Numbered from the stretch's first letter, positions 27,876 to 36,593 are shown. The stretch is DNA of 64,000 nt from Solirubrobacterales bacterium (GCA_050258755.1 JBLMZI010000011.1:198751-262750), one strand, 5' to 3'. The notes: generated from the letters alone by a model not told the origin. Made by a program: numbers and translations.

Positions 27876-28646
27876 ATGGCGTATGAGACCAGAATCGAAG
27901 ACGGGATTATCGTTTTTCAGTTCAAAAGCAATCGAGTCAGCTCCATCAGTCTGGAAACCCTGAACGGCCTGAGCCAGGCGATCGACCGCGTGAATAGCGA
28001 GGACGACCTGAAGGGCCTGATCCTGATCGGAACCGAAAAATACTTTTCGGGTGGCTTTGACCTGAACGAATTCGTCAGCTTTTCGGGGCCGGAGGCGATT
28101 ATCAATTGGTTTAAGGTGGAGGAGGACGTGCTGTACAAGCTGTTCACCTGCAGCAAACCCGTGGTTGCGGCTGTCAACGGACATGCCACCGCGGCCGGGA
28201 TGATCGTGACCATGGCTTGTGACTGGCGTATCGCGATCAACAACCCGAAAGCCAAGATCGGCATGACCGAGATCAAAATCGGCCTTGCGCTGACGCCGCT
28301 GGAAGCCGGCTTGATGCGCTGGGGGCTCGATACCGAAAAGAATTACCGGGATATCATCTTCAAGGGTGAGTTGATCGGTGTTCAGGAAGCGGTGGATCGG
28401 CAGATCTTTGACGAACTGGCAGACTCCCAGGAAGACCTTCTGGCGAAAGCGAAAGCCAAAGTATCGGCACTGATCGATACCCCGGGGCGGCCGTTTATCA
28501 ACCTGAAAAAGATGCACCGGATGCACTGGGCGGGCGTGCTGGAACAGCAGCTCAAGGCGTATGATTTCAATTCCCTGGTTGTTACCTTTACCGATCCTAC
28601 AGTCGTTCAGACCTTGACCATGGTCAAAAACGCGATCGGAATCTAA
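27876..28646 (+). CDS. Enoyl-CoA hydratase/isomerase (crotonase) family protein
   Basis: FSGGFDL and PVVAAVNGHATAAG oxyanion-hole segments. 256 aa. Confidence 0.85.
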   Translation: MAYETRIEDGIIVFQFKSNRVSSISLETLNGLSQAIDRVNSEDDLKGLILIGTEKYFSGGFDLNEFVSFSGPEAIINWFKVEEDVLYKLFTCSKPVVAAVNGHATAAGMIVTMACDWRIAINNPKAKIGMTEIKIGLALTPLEAGLMRWGLDTEKNYRDIIFKGELIGVQEAVDRQIFDELADSQEDLLAKAKAKVSALIDTPGRPFINLKKMHRMHWAGVLEQQLKAYDFNSLVVTFTDPTVVQTLTMVKNAIGI

Positions 28647-28672
28647 TCACAAACCCGGCAATATTGGAAACA

Positions 28673-28722
28673 AAAGCCTTCGTCAAAAGGAAACGCCTTG
28701 AAGACGGAGGCTTTTCCTTTTC
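28673..28722 (+). terminator. Rho-independent terminator
   Basis: 12-bp stem AAAGCCTTCGTC/GACGGAGGCTTT followed by TTCCTTTT. Confidence 0.7.
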
Positions 28723-28828
28723 AAGGGAGAACCCCCGTTCCGGGAAGATTTAAGCGAGTATTCCTTCTTTGTCCCGGGCTGATTTTGGGGCGCCGATATG
28801 GTATCGTAAAAAAAGAAAAGACAAACAT

Positions 28829-28866
28829 ACGCGCTGAAAGGCTTAAAAGCTTACAGGCGCGTTTTT
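28829..28866 (+). terminator. Second terminator-like hairpin directly upstream of the next SD
   Basis: ACGCGCTG...CAGGCGCGT stem followed by TTTTT. It ends about 15 nt before the GGAGG SD of the 28891 gene. Confidence 0.4.
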
Positions 28867-28890
28867 GATTCTCGAATCGGAGGAATTTTC

Positions 28891-29877
28891 ATGGTTCAAA
28901 GAGCGCACCCGCCCCGCGTGCAACTGGGCTTTTTCCCGACGCCGCTTCACCCGATGAAGCGGCTGGGCGCGTATTTGGGGGGAATCGATTTGTGGATCAA
29001 ACGGGACGACTGCACCGGTCTGGGTCTGGGCGGCAACAAGGTTCGAAAGCTTGAGTATATCATGGCCGCGGCGCTGGCCGAAGGCGCGGATGTGATCCTG
29101 ACCACCGGAGCGGTCAGTTCAAACCACGCACGCCAGACGGCCGCCGCCGCCGCGATGCTTGGCTTGCCCTGTCATCTGGTCCTTTCCGGGCGGCTTCCGG
29201 AGGCCCCACAGGGGAACTTCCTGCTGAACGGCATCTTCGGCGCGCAAATGACCTGTGTGAAACTGGCCGATATCGAGTCCGCGATCTTATCAGTGATGGA
29301 CGCCTACCGTGCGCAGGGCAAAAAGCCATATTTTATTCCTGCCGGCGGGCACACCCCGGAGGGTGCCATTGCCTATGCCGGGGCATTTCGGGAAATCCGC
29401 TCCGAACTGCCGCAGCCCGGCACGATCATAACCGCGGTCGGGACCGGAACGACTTATGTCGGGCTGGAGTTGGGCCGCAGGGAGACGGACCCTAGCTCCC
29501 AAATTATCGGCATCAGCGTAGGGCAGGATACCGAAGGCTGCCAACGCGAGGCCTTCGAACTGCTGTCAGAAATGCTTCAAGGGACGAAAGCGGCCCCGGC
29601 CGCGCCAACAGAACTCGAAATCATCGATCGGTATGTCGGGGAAGGCTATACCCTGGTTTATCCGGAAGTTCGTGAAGTCATCGAAACTACCGCCCGGCTT
29701 GAGGGCATCTTATTGGACCCGGTATACACCGGAAAGGCCATGGTCGGCTTGTTTGATCTGGCCCGCAGCGGCCGGTTTTCCAATGGCAAACCGGTGGTGT
29801 TTCTCCACACCGGCGGCGCGCCGGAAGTGTTCAGCTATCGGCACATTTTTCAGGAAGGGGGCGGAGCAGCCTGCTGA
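28891..29877 (+). CDS. PLP-dependent D-cysteine desulfhydrase / ACC deaminase family protein
   Basis: TPLHPMKRL...IKRDDCTGLGLGGNKVRKLEY (PLP lysine context) and the C-terminal HTGG. Confidence 0.85.
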   Translation: MVQRAHPPRVQLGFFPTPLHPMKRLGAYLGGIDLWIKRDDCTGLGLGGNKVRKLEYIMAAALAEGADVILTTGAVSSNHARQTAAAAAMLGLPCHLVLSGRLPEAPQGNFLLNGIFGAQMTCVKLADIESAILSVMDAYRAQGKKPYFIPAGGHTPEGAIAYAGAFREIRSELPQPGTIITAVGTGTTYVGLELGRRETDPSSQIIGISVGQDTEGCQREAFELLSEMLQGTKAAPAAPTELEIIDRYVGEGYTLVYPEVREVIETTARLEGILLDPVYTGKAMVGLFDLARSGRFSNGKPVVFLHTGGAPEVFSYRHIFQEGGGAAC

Positions 29878-30509
29878 TCGATATTTTTCTTTCCATCGGC
29901 GTTGTTGCGGCAGCCATTTCCGGGGCTTTGCTCGGAACCCGAAAGCGAATGGACTTTTTCGGTATCATCGTTCTGGGGATCTCAACCGCTTTAGGCGGGG
30001 GAATTCTGCGGGACATTCTGATTGGGAACCTGCCGCCGGTTGCGCTGCGCGAACCGCTTCATATGGGTTTGAGCACCGCGGCTGCGATTCTAGTCATGTT
30101 TTTTCCGAAACGGTTCGCACGGCCGGCTTCCCTGCTGCTGTTTTTTGACGCTGTCGGCCTGGCCGTATTTACCGCCGTGGGAACCCGAATTGCCATGGAC
30201 CAGGTGGTCACATCGACCTTCATCGCGGTGACGGTCGGCGTCATTACCGGGGTTGGCGGCGGGATTCTGCGTGACCTGTTCGCCCAGGAGATCCCGCTGG
30301 TGTTCCGGAAGGAGATTTATGCCACAGCTTCGATCATCGGCGCATTGGGGCTGGTATACAGCCGGCCATATTTTGGGTCGGGGAGTATGGCTCCTTTGTA
30401 TATCTGTTTCGGCGTTACGCTGTTGGTTCGGCTGCTGACCCTCTATTTCGGCATCAATTCGGGTCATCCGGCGGAAGCGAACGAGCCGGCGGCCAGCGAA
30501 TCGATGTAA
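29871..30509 (+). CDS. TRIC / UPF0126 family cation channel. The start is probably non-canonical and its coordinate is uncertain.
   Basis: Two GGG(I/T)LRD repeats (GGGILRDIL, GGGILRDLF). The conserved first helix ...AISGALLGTRKRMDFFG extends upstream of the only canonical start (TTG 29928). Confidence 0.7.
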   Translation: MLIDIFLSIGVVAAAISGALLGTRKRMDFFGIIVLGISTALGGGILRDILIGNLPPVALREPLHMGLSTAAAILVMFFPKRFARPASLLLFFDAVGLAVFTAVGTRIAMDQVVTSTFIAVTVGVITGVGGGILRDLFAQEIPLVFRKEIYATASIIGALGLVYSRPYFGSGSMAPLYICFGVTLLVRLLTLYFGINSGHPAEANEPAASESM

Positions 30510-30566
30510 GCCGGACGGAATAAATAGCGTAGAGTAAGGCAGACGGTGATGAAGGGGTGGCGTGAA

Positions 30567-30959
30567 ATGAGAAAGTGGACAGCAATCCTGCTTGGCATGG
30601 TAATGTTCGGGCTTTTAGCGACCGGGTTGGCCTGTGCCGCGAAAACAAAAAGCGTTCGGGTCGACGAAAGCAATGCCGGGAAGGTGGTTCAGCTGCAGCG
30701 GGGGGATACGCTTCTGGTCTGTTTTAAAGAAAACCCAACGACCGGATACAGCTGGACCGGGCCTAAACCCTCGGCCAATCTGACCGTGACCCGGGACGAG
30801 TTTATTCCGCCGAAGAGCCAATTGGTGGGGGCTGGCGGCCAGCATTACTGGGCGTTTAAAGCCCGGTCGAAGGGAACGGTTTCCCTGGCATTTCGCTACG
30901 CCCGGCCCTGGGAAAGCGTGCAGCCCAAATGGGTGACCGTGACGGTCAAAATTCGCTGA
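30567..30959 (+). CDS. Secreted chagasin-family (I42) cysteine peptidase inhibitor-like protein
   Basis: Signal peptide, then NPTTGYSW and GAGGQHYWAFKA...G motifs characteristic of chagasin/ICP. The start was trimmed to the ATG six nt after GGGGTGG. Confidence 0.75.
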   Translation: MRKWTAILLGMVMFGLLATGLACAAKTKSVRVDESNAGKVVQLQRGDTLLVCFKENPTTGYSWTGPKPSANLTVTRDEFIPPKSQLVGAGGQHYWAFKARSKGTVSLAFRYARPWESVQPKWVTVTVKIR

Positions 30960-30982
30960 ATCAGCAAGTATATCACACAATG

Positions 30983-31008
30983 AAAAACCCGCCGTTTGGC
31001 GGGTTTTC
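30983..31008. terminator. Bidirectional terminator between convergent genes
   Basis: AAAAACCCGCC-gttt-GGCGGGTTTT, with an A run on one side and a T run on the other. Confidence 0.8.
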
Positions 31009-31011
31009 GCT

Positions 31012-31578
31012 TTAGTAGATGTCGAGACAGAAGTTTTCCGGATATCGTCCTTTAATGTCTTTGTAATAACTTTTCAGCAGTTCCATATCGGCTTGAAAGT
31101 CGCCGGTAGGCATGAACCACGGGCCGATCTCGGCGATTCGTTTACCGTAGTCCAGATAGCTCAGCACAATTGGAACCCTGGCCTTCAGAGCAGCATAGTA
31201 AAAACCGGTTTTCCACTTGGGTACCCGGTTCCGGGTTCCTTCCGGCGGAATCAGCATAATGATGTCTTCTTCCCCGGCAAGCAGCGCAGCGAGCGCATCC
31301 ACCTTGTTCATGCTCTTTTCCCGGTTCACGCCGACTGCCCCCGATTCCCGCAGCAGGCCGCCAACCCAAAACTTATGCAGCCATTCCCGCTTGATCACAA
31401 AGCGGACCGGAACATTCATCCGGTAAAACGCCGCCCGTGCAATGACGAAATCCCAGTTGCTGGTGTGCGGCGCCGCGACCATCACGCACCGCTTGATCTC
31501 ACCCGGAAGTCCCCCTTGAAATTTCCACCCGAAAAACCAGAAGAAAAACAATAATACCTGCTTCAGCACGCCGTTCAT
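31012..31578 (-). CDS. Lysophospholipid (1-acyl-sn-glycerol-3-phosphate) acyltransferase family protein
   Basis: HTSNWD is the Hx4D motif, and PPEGTRN is acyltransferase block III. Confidence 0.82.
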   Translation of the reverse strand: MNGVLKQVLLFFFWFFGWKFQGGLPGEIKRCVMVAAPHTSNWDFVIARAAFYRMNVPVRFVIKREWLHKFWVGGLLRESGAVGVNREKSMNKVDALAALLAGEEDIIMLIPPEGTRNRVPKWKTGFYYAALKARVPIVLSYLDYGKRIAEIGPWFMPTGDFQADMELLKSYYKDIKGRYPENFCLDIY

Positions 31579-31851
31579 CGCTCCTCTATATAAGTGCTTC
31601 TAAGTGTATCATGCGGGGGACGCACTTGTCGAAAAGATGCTCGAATAGATCGCCGCTGGGTGTCGGCCGGGTCGATGCAGGCGTTGTGAACGATGAATCG
31701 GCGGTGCGGCGGTTCCGGTGCTTGGCCTGCACTTGCCCCTAAATTTGGGCGAAGCCGGGTCATAAAATAGGAAGGAAATTGATCGAATTTTGTCGAAACT
31801 CAAAAATAGAAGACCGGGCAGCCCGGTCAGAGAGAAGGAGGAGGAGTTTAG

Positions 31852-32688
31852 ATGATACTAGAGACAACTTTCGAAGAATTTGCGGCGGCGTTTGCCCTGG
31901 TGATGCCCTATTTAAAAACAATATTCGGCAGGGATCTTGCGGTGAACATCTCAACACCAGACCACTTTGTGGCCTATCAGGGGGCGGATAGTTTTGATCT
32001 TCCAGTTCAACCGGGTATGCCGATTCCGAAAGAGGACCCGATGAATGCCGCCATGTCGATGAAACAGCAACTGATCGCACCAGTTCCAGTCGAGGCTTAC
32101 GGCGTTCCGTTTAAGGCGGTGGTTACGCCGCTTCTGGATCGCCAGGGCAAGGTGCTTGGCTGCATTGGGATTGGACTGGTTCAAAAAACCGAGTCCCAGG
32201 TCATCGAATTAGCCAATAATGTCGGAGAATCCATGGACGAGGTTGCCGGTGCGGTAACCCAGATCGCAAGCGCTGCAATGGGGATCAATGAGCGGGAAAA
32301 GGAACTGCATAACAGTATCGAGCAAATTTCGGGCATCGCCCGCAAGATTGACGATGTGTTGAATGGCATCAAGGTGATTGCTGACCAAACCAAAATGCTT
32401 GGCCTTAATGCCGCCATTGAAGCCGCCCGGGCTGGAGAAGCGGGCCGCGGATTCGGCGTGGTGGCAGAGGAAATTCGGAAGCTGTCCGATGAATCAAAGA
32501 ATACGGCGGAACAGATCCGCGCGTTGACGGTTCAGATTGACCGCTTCATTGCCGAAACACTTCAGAATTCCGAATCAACCGTTCGTTCCAGCGAAGAACA
32601 GGCCGCGGCGACCGAGGAGATCACGGCGAGCATCGAAGAAATTACGGCACTGGCGGAACAGCTTCGCCGGATTGCCCAGCAGCTGTAG
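31852..32688 (+). CDS. Soluble methyl-accepting chemotaxis protein
   Basis: Highly conserved MCP hairpin [37 protein letters not shown]. There is no TM helix, and a strong GGAGGAGGAG SD is present. Confidence 0.88.
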   Translation: MILETTFEEFAAAFALVMPYLKTIFGRDLAVNISTPDHFVAYQGADSFDLPVQPGMPIPKEDPMNAAMSMKQQLIAPVPVEAYGVPFKAVVTPLLDRQGKVLGCIGIGLVQKTESQVIELANNVGESMDEVAGAVTQIASAAMGINEREKELHNSIEQISGIARKIDDVLNGIKVIADQTKMLGLNAAIEAARAGEAGRGFGVVAEEIRKLSDESKNTAEQIRALTVQIDRFIAETLQNSESTVRSSEEQAAATEEITASIEEITALAEQLRRIAQQL

Positions 32689-32705
32689 GCGGGTCATTAC
32701 ATCCG

Positions 32706-32731
32706 AGGCCGCCTTAATGGCGGCCTTTTTC
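32706..32731 (+). terminator. Rho-independent terminator
   Basis: AGGCCGCC-ttaat-GGCGGCCT followed by TTTTT. Confidence 0.8.
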
Positions 32732-32855
32732 GTACCGCAGTCCCGGAGTAGAATCCTTTCCGAATGATGCGAATGAGTATGTTCCGATCGAAGCGGGGAA
32801 ACCTTGAATAGCGTCTTTGTTGGCATTATATTGGGAAAGGCAGTGCTTTGGTTCG

Positions 32856-33896
32856 ATGAGTCCAAATGATCAAAAACAAGCGATTTTCGCAGGCGGCTGC
32901 TTCTGGTGCATGGTCCCGCCCTTTCAGGCCCTTGATGGGGTGATTGAGGTCGAGGCCGGATACACTGGCGGGGAAATGCCCAACCCTACGTATGAAGAGG
33001 TTTGCGCGGGCGATACCGGGCATATTGAGGCTGTGCGGGTCACCTACGATCCCAACCGGGTCGCTTATGAAACCTTGCTGGAGACCTTCTGGCGCCAGAT
33101 TGATCCAACCGATCCGGAAGGCCAATTTTTTGACCGCGGCGCCTCTTACCGGACCGCCATCTTTTATTTTGATAAGGCGCAGCTGCGCGCAGCAGAGGGA
33201 TCGAAGGCCGAATTGGCGCAAAGCGGGCTTTTTTCCGCGCCGATTGTGACACCGATTCTGGAGGCCCGCCCTTTTTATCGGGCGGAAGAGTATCACCAGG
33301 ATTATCATGAGAAAAACCCGGTGCGGTATCAACTGTACCGGAGCGGATCCGGGCGCCAGCGGTTCCTGGATACGGTTTGGCGCTGGAAAGACTACCAACG
33401 CCGGGAAGAATTGAAGAAGCGGTTAACCCCGGTTCAGTTTGCGGTGACCCAGGAGAACGAAACAGAGCCTCCCTTTCGCAACGAATACTGGAATAATGAA
33501 CGGGACGGGCTGTATGTGGACATTATTACCGGAACCCCTTTGTTCAGCTCGCGTGATAAATACCATTCCGGCTGCGGTTGGCCAAGTTTCACCCGCCCGA
33601 TCGCCCCGGAAGCGGTCATTGAAAACACGGATCTCAGCCATGGCATGATTCGGAATGAAGTCCGCGGCCGGAATTCGGCCGCCCACCTGGGACACGTCTT
33701 CGATGACGGCCCCGGCCCGGACGGGCTTCGCTATTGCATTAACTCGGCGGCGCTGCGCTTTATTCCATTGGAGGAGCTTGAACAGGAAGGTTATGCGAGT
33801 TACCGGGCATGGTTTGAAGACGAATCCCAAAGGCCCATGGATAATCGGGATTCGCATACGATTGGCGGAGACGAGCGGGGGCTGAATAACGGATAA
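32856..33896 (+). CDS. msrAB: Bifunctional peptide methionine sulfoxide reductase MsrA/MsrB
   Basis: GGCFWCM is the MsrA active site. CGWPSF and RYCINSAAL are MsrB motifs. The start was trimmed to ATG 32856. Confidence 0.92.
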   Translation: MSPNDQKQAIFAGGCFWCMVPPFQALDGVIEVEAGYTGGEMPNPTYEEVCAGDTGHIEAVRVTYDPNRVAYETLLETFWRQIDPTDPEGQFFDRGASYRTAIFYFDKAQLRAAEGSKAELAQSGLFSAPIVTPILEARPFYRAEEYHQDYHEKNPVRYQLYRSGSGRQRFLDTVWRWKDYQRREELKKRLTPVQFAVTQENETEPPFRNEYWNNERDGLYVDIITGTPLFSSRDKYHSGCGWPSFTRPIAPEAVIENTDLSHGMIRNEVRGRNSAAHLGHVFDDGPGPDGLRYCINSAALRFIPLEELEQEGYASYRAWFEDESQRPMDNRDSHTIGGDERGLNNG

Positions 33897-33929
33897 TCCA
33901 GCGGCCCCCCGAACAACCCGCTTCAGGCG

Positions 33930-34265
33930 CTACCAGATCCGGCGGTCCGGAATAGACTGCGCAGCCGCTTCGCCCCGGGCAATCCTTTCGGAAACATAAA
34001 GGGCGCAGTAGCAGGAGCCGTGCTCTTCGAGATCCTCGTCGCGATAATAGCAGGGGCAGATGATGTCCAGATCATCCGATTTCGCGCCCATCGCCAGCCG
34101 GCAGGGACAGGCCATATAGCCATAGCGGTCCTCATTGACCAGAAGGCCTTCCAGCAGATCGTTCACCAGGCCGCGGTCCGGATTCAGCTGGTAGCCGCAA
34201 TCCGCGGCATCCCTGGTCAACCGTTGATAAAGGGCCTCGATGTTTTTCATTTCAATGTCACTCAT
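33930..34265 (-). CDS. Ferredoxin:thioredoxin reductase catalytic-subunit-like protein (ferredoxin:disulfide reductase)
   Basis: CPCR...CPCYY...CYC spacing matches the FTR-beta [4Fe-4S]/disulfide motif. ATGA overlap with the upstream glutaredoxin-like gene. Confidence 0.8.
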   Translation of the reverse strand: MSDIEMKNIEALYQRLTRDAADCGYQLNPDRGLVNDLLEGLLVNEDRYGYMACPCRLAMGAKSDDLDIICPCYYRDEDLEEHGSCYCALYVSERIARGEAAAQSIPDRRIW

Positions 34266-34540
34266 AGGCTGATCGCCGCCTTGATTTGATCTTCTTTGAA
34301 ACCGATAATGCACTGTTCTCCGATGATCAGGGTCGGGAACGACATGGCCGGATTGAATTTCGCCAGTTCACTGATCGTTGTTTTTCGTTCCTCGCCTTTT
34401 AGCCGGTCCACCTCAATCACATCAAAAGCAATACCCTGTTCCTGCATGAATGCGCGGGTTTTCTTGCACCACCCGCAGGTGCTCAAGGCATACAGCAGGA
34501 CCGGGCCAATATCTTTTCCATCCGTATGAATCATAGACAT
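34262..34540 (-). CDS. Glutaredoxin-like thioredoxin-fold protein
   Basis: 92 aa with the CGWC active site and a downstream FPT cis-Pro region. The start is ambiguous (see findings). Confidence 0.8.
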   Translation of the reverse strand: MSMIHTDGKDIGPVLLYALSTCGWCKKTRAFMQEQGIAFDVIEVDRLKGEERKTTISELAKFNPAMSFPTLIIGEQCIIGFKEDQIKAAISL

Positions 34541-34651
34541 TTCTTATTCATGAGCCTCCTTTCACAGGACTTTGTCTAGTATCTTCATGGTACGGGATTC
34601 GAAGGGGCTTGAATAGTCAATTTTCGATAAACGAACGCGGGGTTATCTTTC

Positions 34652-34686
34652 AAGAAAACACAAGCCGGGGGATAAAACCCCCGGCT
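34652..34686 (-). terminator. Orphan intrinsic terminator on the minus strand
   Basis: On the minus strand it reads AGCCGGGGG-uuuuau-CCCCCGGCU followed by UGUGUUUUCUU. No CDS ends nearby. Confidence 0.55.
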
Positions 34687-34753
34687 GTGGTTGGGTGGGT
34701 ATGGGAATCGGATGTTAGGGCGTAAAAGGATCTGAATACCAATAACGGATGCT
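34652..34753 (-). ncRNA. Candidate ~100-nt small RNA or cis-regulatory leader
   Basis: A perfect TATAAT box (34765-34760, minus) lies about 100 nt upstream of the orphan terminator. The sequence between them is C/A-rich and non-coding. No family was recognised. Confidence 0.25.
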
Positions 34754-34984
34754 TGACTCATTATAAAATGAAAGCAGGTATTTTGGTAGCAGAATTTTTG
34801 AGAATCAAACATTACACGTCGGACTTTCTGTGTCGAATCATTGGAACACATATGGCCAATGCCGGACAATGATCCCGAGAAATAGGCGATAACGGCCGAT
34901 CCGCTTGGGCGCCAAAGAATGGATATGATATTCTTAACCCAAACCCAATAACGATAGAGCGACGGATGATGGAGGTTTGGCTGC

Positions 34985-35320
34985 ATGTTTATCCTGTCCG
35001 ATAAAACCAGCCGTTATATTCTAGAGAACGGGGGTCATGTCACGCTGAAAGTGGAGCGGGGACACGGGTATCACGAATCCCGGGACCTGGAAACCTGGAT
35101 TGCGACGGCTTCCCTGGGTCAACCGGCGCCCGAAGAGCGGGAGCTGTTCCTGGTTACGGAACGAAAAGGGGTGACTATCTGGCATGCGCCTGAAATCCAG
35201 CCGATTGTCGGCGGCCGAAAAATCGAGATCCTGAGCAAATGGCACCTGCGCGGGAGGCAGCTAAAGCTCAGCGAGGCCAAACAATATCCGCGTTTCGTCA
35301 GTCCTAAATCCAAGAAATAA
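34985..35320 (+). CDS. Hypothetical protein (111 aa)
   Basis: GGAGG SD eight nt upstream of the ATG, and no overlapping alternative. No motif was recognised with confidence. Confidence 0.55.
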   Translation: MFILSDKTSRYILENGGHVTLKVERGHGYHESRDLETWIATASLGQPAPEERELFLVTERKGVTIWHAPEIQPIVGGRKIEILSKWHLRGRQLKLSEAKQYPRFVSPKSKK

Positions 35321-35450
35321 GTTCCTTCAATTCACGCAAGGCCGAATAGAGTCGGCAGTCAAATCGCCATAGCTACGGCCACAGAGTTGTGCTATTTTTA
35401 CACTAGATGCCTTGCGGGTACTTGATTATGAGTTTGGGGGGGCTTGCTTC

Positions 35451-36581
35451 ATGGAACGGCAGCAGATTATCGATAAGGCCATGGAATTGGGCTTTTGCGA
35501 TATCGGATTCACCACCGCCGAGCCGTTTGAAACCCAGCGCGAGATATTGAGGGAACGGGCGGATTCCTACGCCTGGTTGGCTGAAAAGGGGACCGATCTT
35601 TTCGCGGGTGTAGATCCGGCTTCGGTCATGCCGAATGCACAATCAATCATTGTTCTGGTGGACAACTACTATTCAGGCGCCTTTCCGGCTTCACTGGTCG
35701 GCAAATTTGGGCGCTGCTACCTGGACGACGACCGCGTGACCCGGGACGGGCTTGCGGTACGGATCAAACAATTTCGGGCTTTTCTCCGGGATCTCGGCAT
35801 TGATTCAAAGGTTCCGTTTAACGTGCCGCACCGGCTGGCGGCAGCCCGAGCCGGGCTCGGGACATTCGGAAAAAACTGCCTGTTTTACGCTCGGGAAGGG
35901 GTGCGCGGGGCCTCATGGGTGAGCCCAATGGCGATTGTGGTCGATCGCCGGTTCGAACCGGACCCGCCTACAATGCGGCTCGGGTGTCCGGACTGGTGCC
36001 GGAATGCCTGCATTGCCGCCTGCCCGATGGGCGCGCTGCGCGGTCCCCAGAAAATTGATCCCAAACGCTGCATTTCCTATCTGAGCTACTATGGCGACGG
36101 TATTACCCCACCGGAACTCAGGGAACCGATGGGTATGTGGGTGTATGGCTGCGACCGGTGCCAGACGGTTTGCCCGCGCAACGAGCCGTGGACGGCGCAG
36201 AACCTGGCGCCCAATCCCCGTGTGGCCGCCAAAGCGGAAGATTTCGATTTGATCGCCCTGCTGCATATGGACCGGGACTACTTCAAACAAAGAATTTGGC
36301 CGCACATGTTTTACATGTCGTCCAAGGATATCTGGCGCTGGAAGATGAATGTTGCCCGGGTGATGGGCAACAGCCATGATCCGGGTTATGTTCCGGAACT
36401 TCTGCGGGCGTTTCGCGAGAATGAGGATGAGCGGGTCCGCGGGATGATCGCCTGGGCCATGGGACGGCTTGGCGGGACTGAAGCGGCGGCGTTTTTATCG
36501 GACCAGGCGCCGGATGCCGAAGGGTTGGTCCGGGAAGAGATTGAAAGGGCCATGATCGCCCTTGCCGGATCAATTAAATAG
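35451..36581 (+). CDS. queG: tRNA epoxyqueuosine(34) reductase
   Basis: DUF1730-type N-terminus, CPDWCRNACIAACP and CDRCQTVCP clusters, and a C-terminal HEAT-like DERVRGMIAWAMGRLG. Confidence 0.85.
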   Translation: MERQQIIDKAMELGFCDIGFTTAEPFETQREILRERADSYAWLAEKGTDLFAGVDPASVMPNAQSIIVLVDNYYSGAFPASLVGKFGRCYLDDDRVTRDGLAVRIKQFRAFLRDLGIDSKVPFNVPHRLAAARAGLGTFGKNCLFYAREGVRGASWVSPMAIVVDRRFEPDPPTMRLGCPDWCRNACIAACPMGALRGPQKIDPKRCISYLSYYGDGITPPELREPMGMWVYGCDRCQTVCPRNEPWTAQNLAPNPRVAAKAEDFDLIALLHMDRDYFKQRIWPHMFYMSSKDIWRWKMNVARVMGNSHDPGYVPELLRAFRENEDERVRGMIAWAMGRLGGTEAAAFLSDQAPDAEGLVREEIERAMIALAGSIK

Positions 36582-36593
36582 GGATCAGAAGAA

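Noticed and set aside
27759-28526. A 255-aa minus-strand ORF almost coextensive with the crotonase gene
   Set aside because: The plus-strand product has the enoyl-CoA hydratase oxyanion motifs. The minus-strand product is His/Arg/Asp-rich with no motif.
31763-31789. A SigD-like promoter upstream of the soluble MCP gene (TAAA-N15-ATCGAATT)
   Set aside because: Only four of eight positions match the -10 consensus GCCGATAT, which is not distinguishable from chance.
34585-34986. A 133-aa minus-strand ORF filling the Grx/34985 intergenic gap
   Set aside because: It has no SD. The translation is odd, low-complexity and Trp/Cys/Ser-rich. It spans the orphan terminator hairpin and the AT-rich promoter-like sequence, so the region is more likely non-coding.
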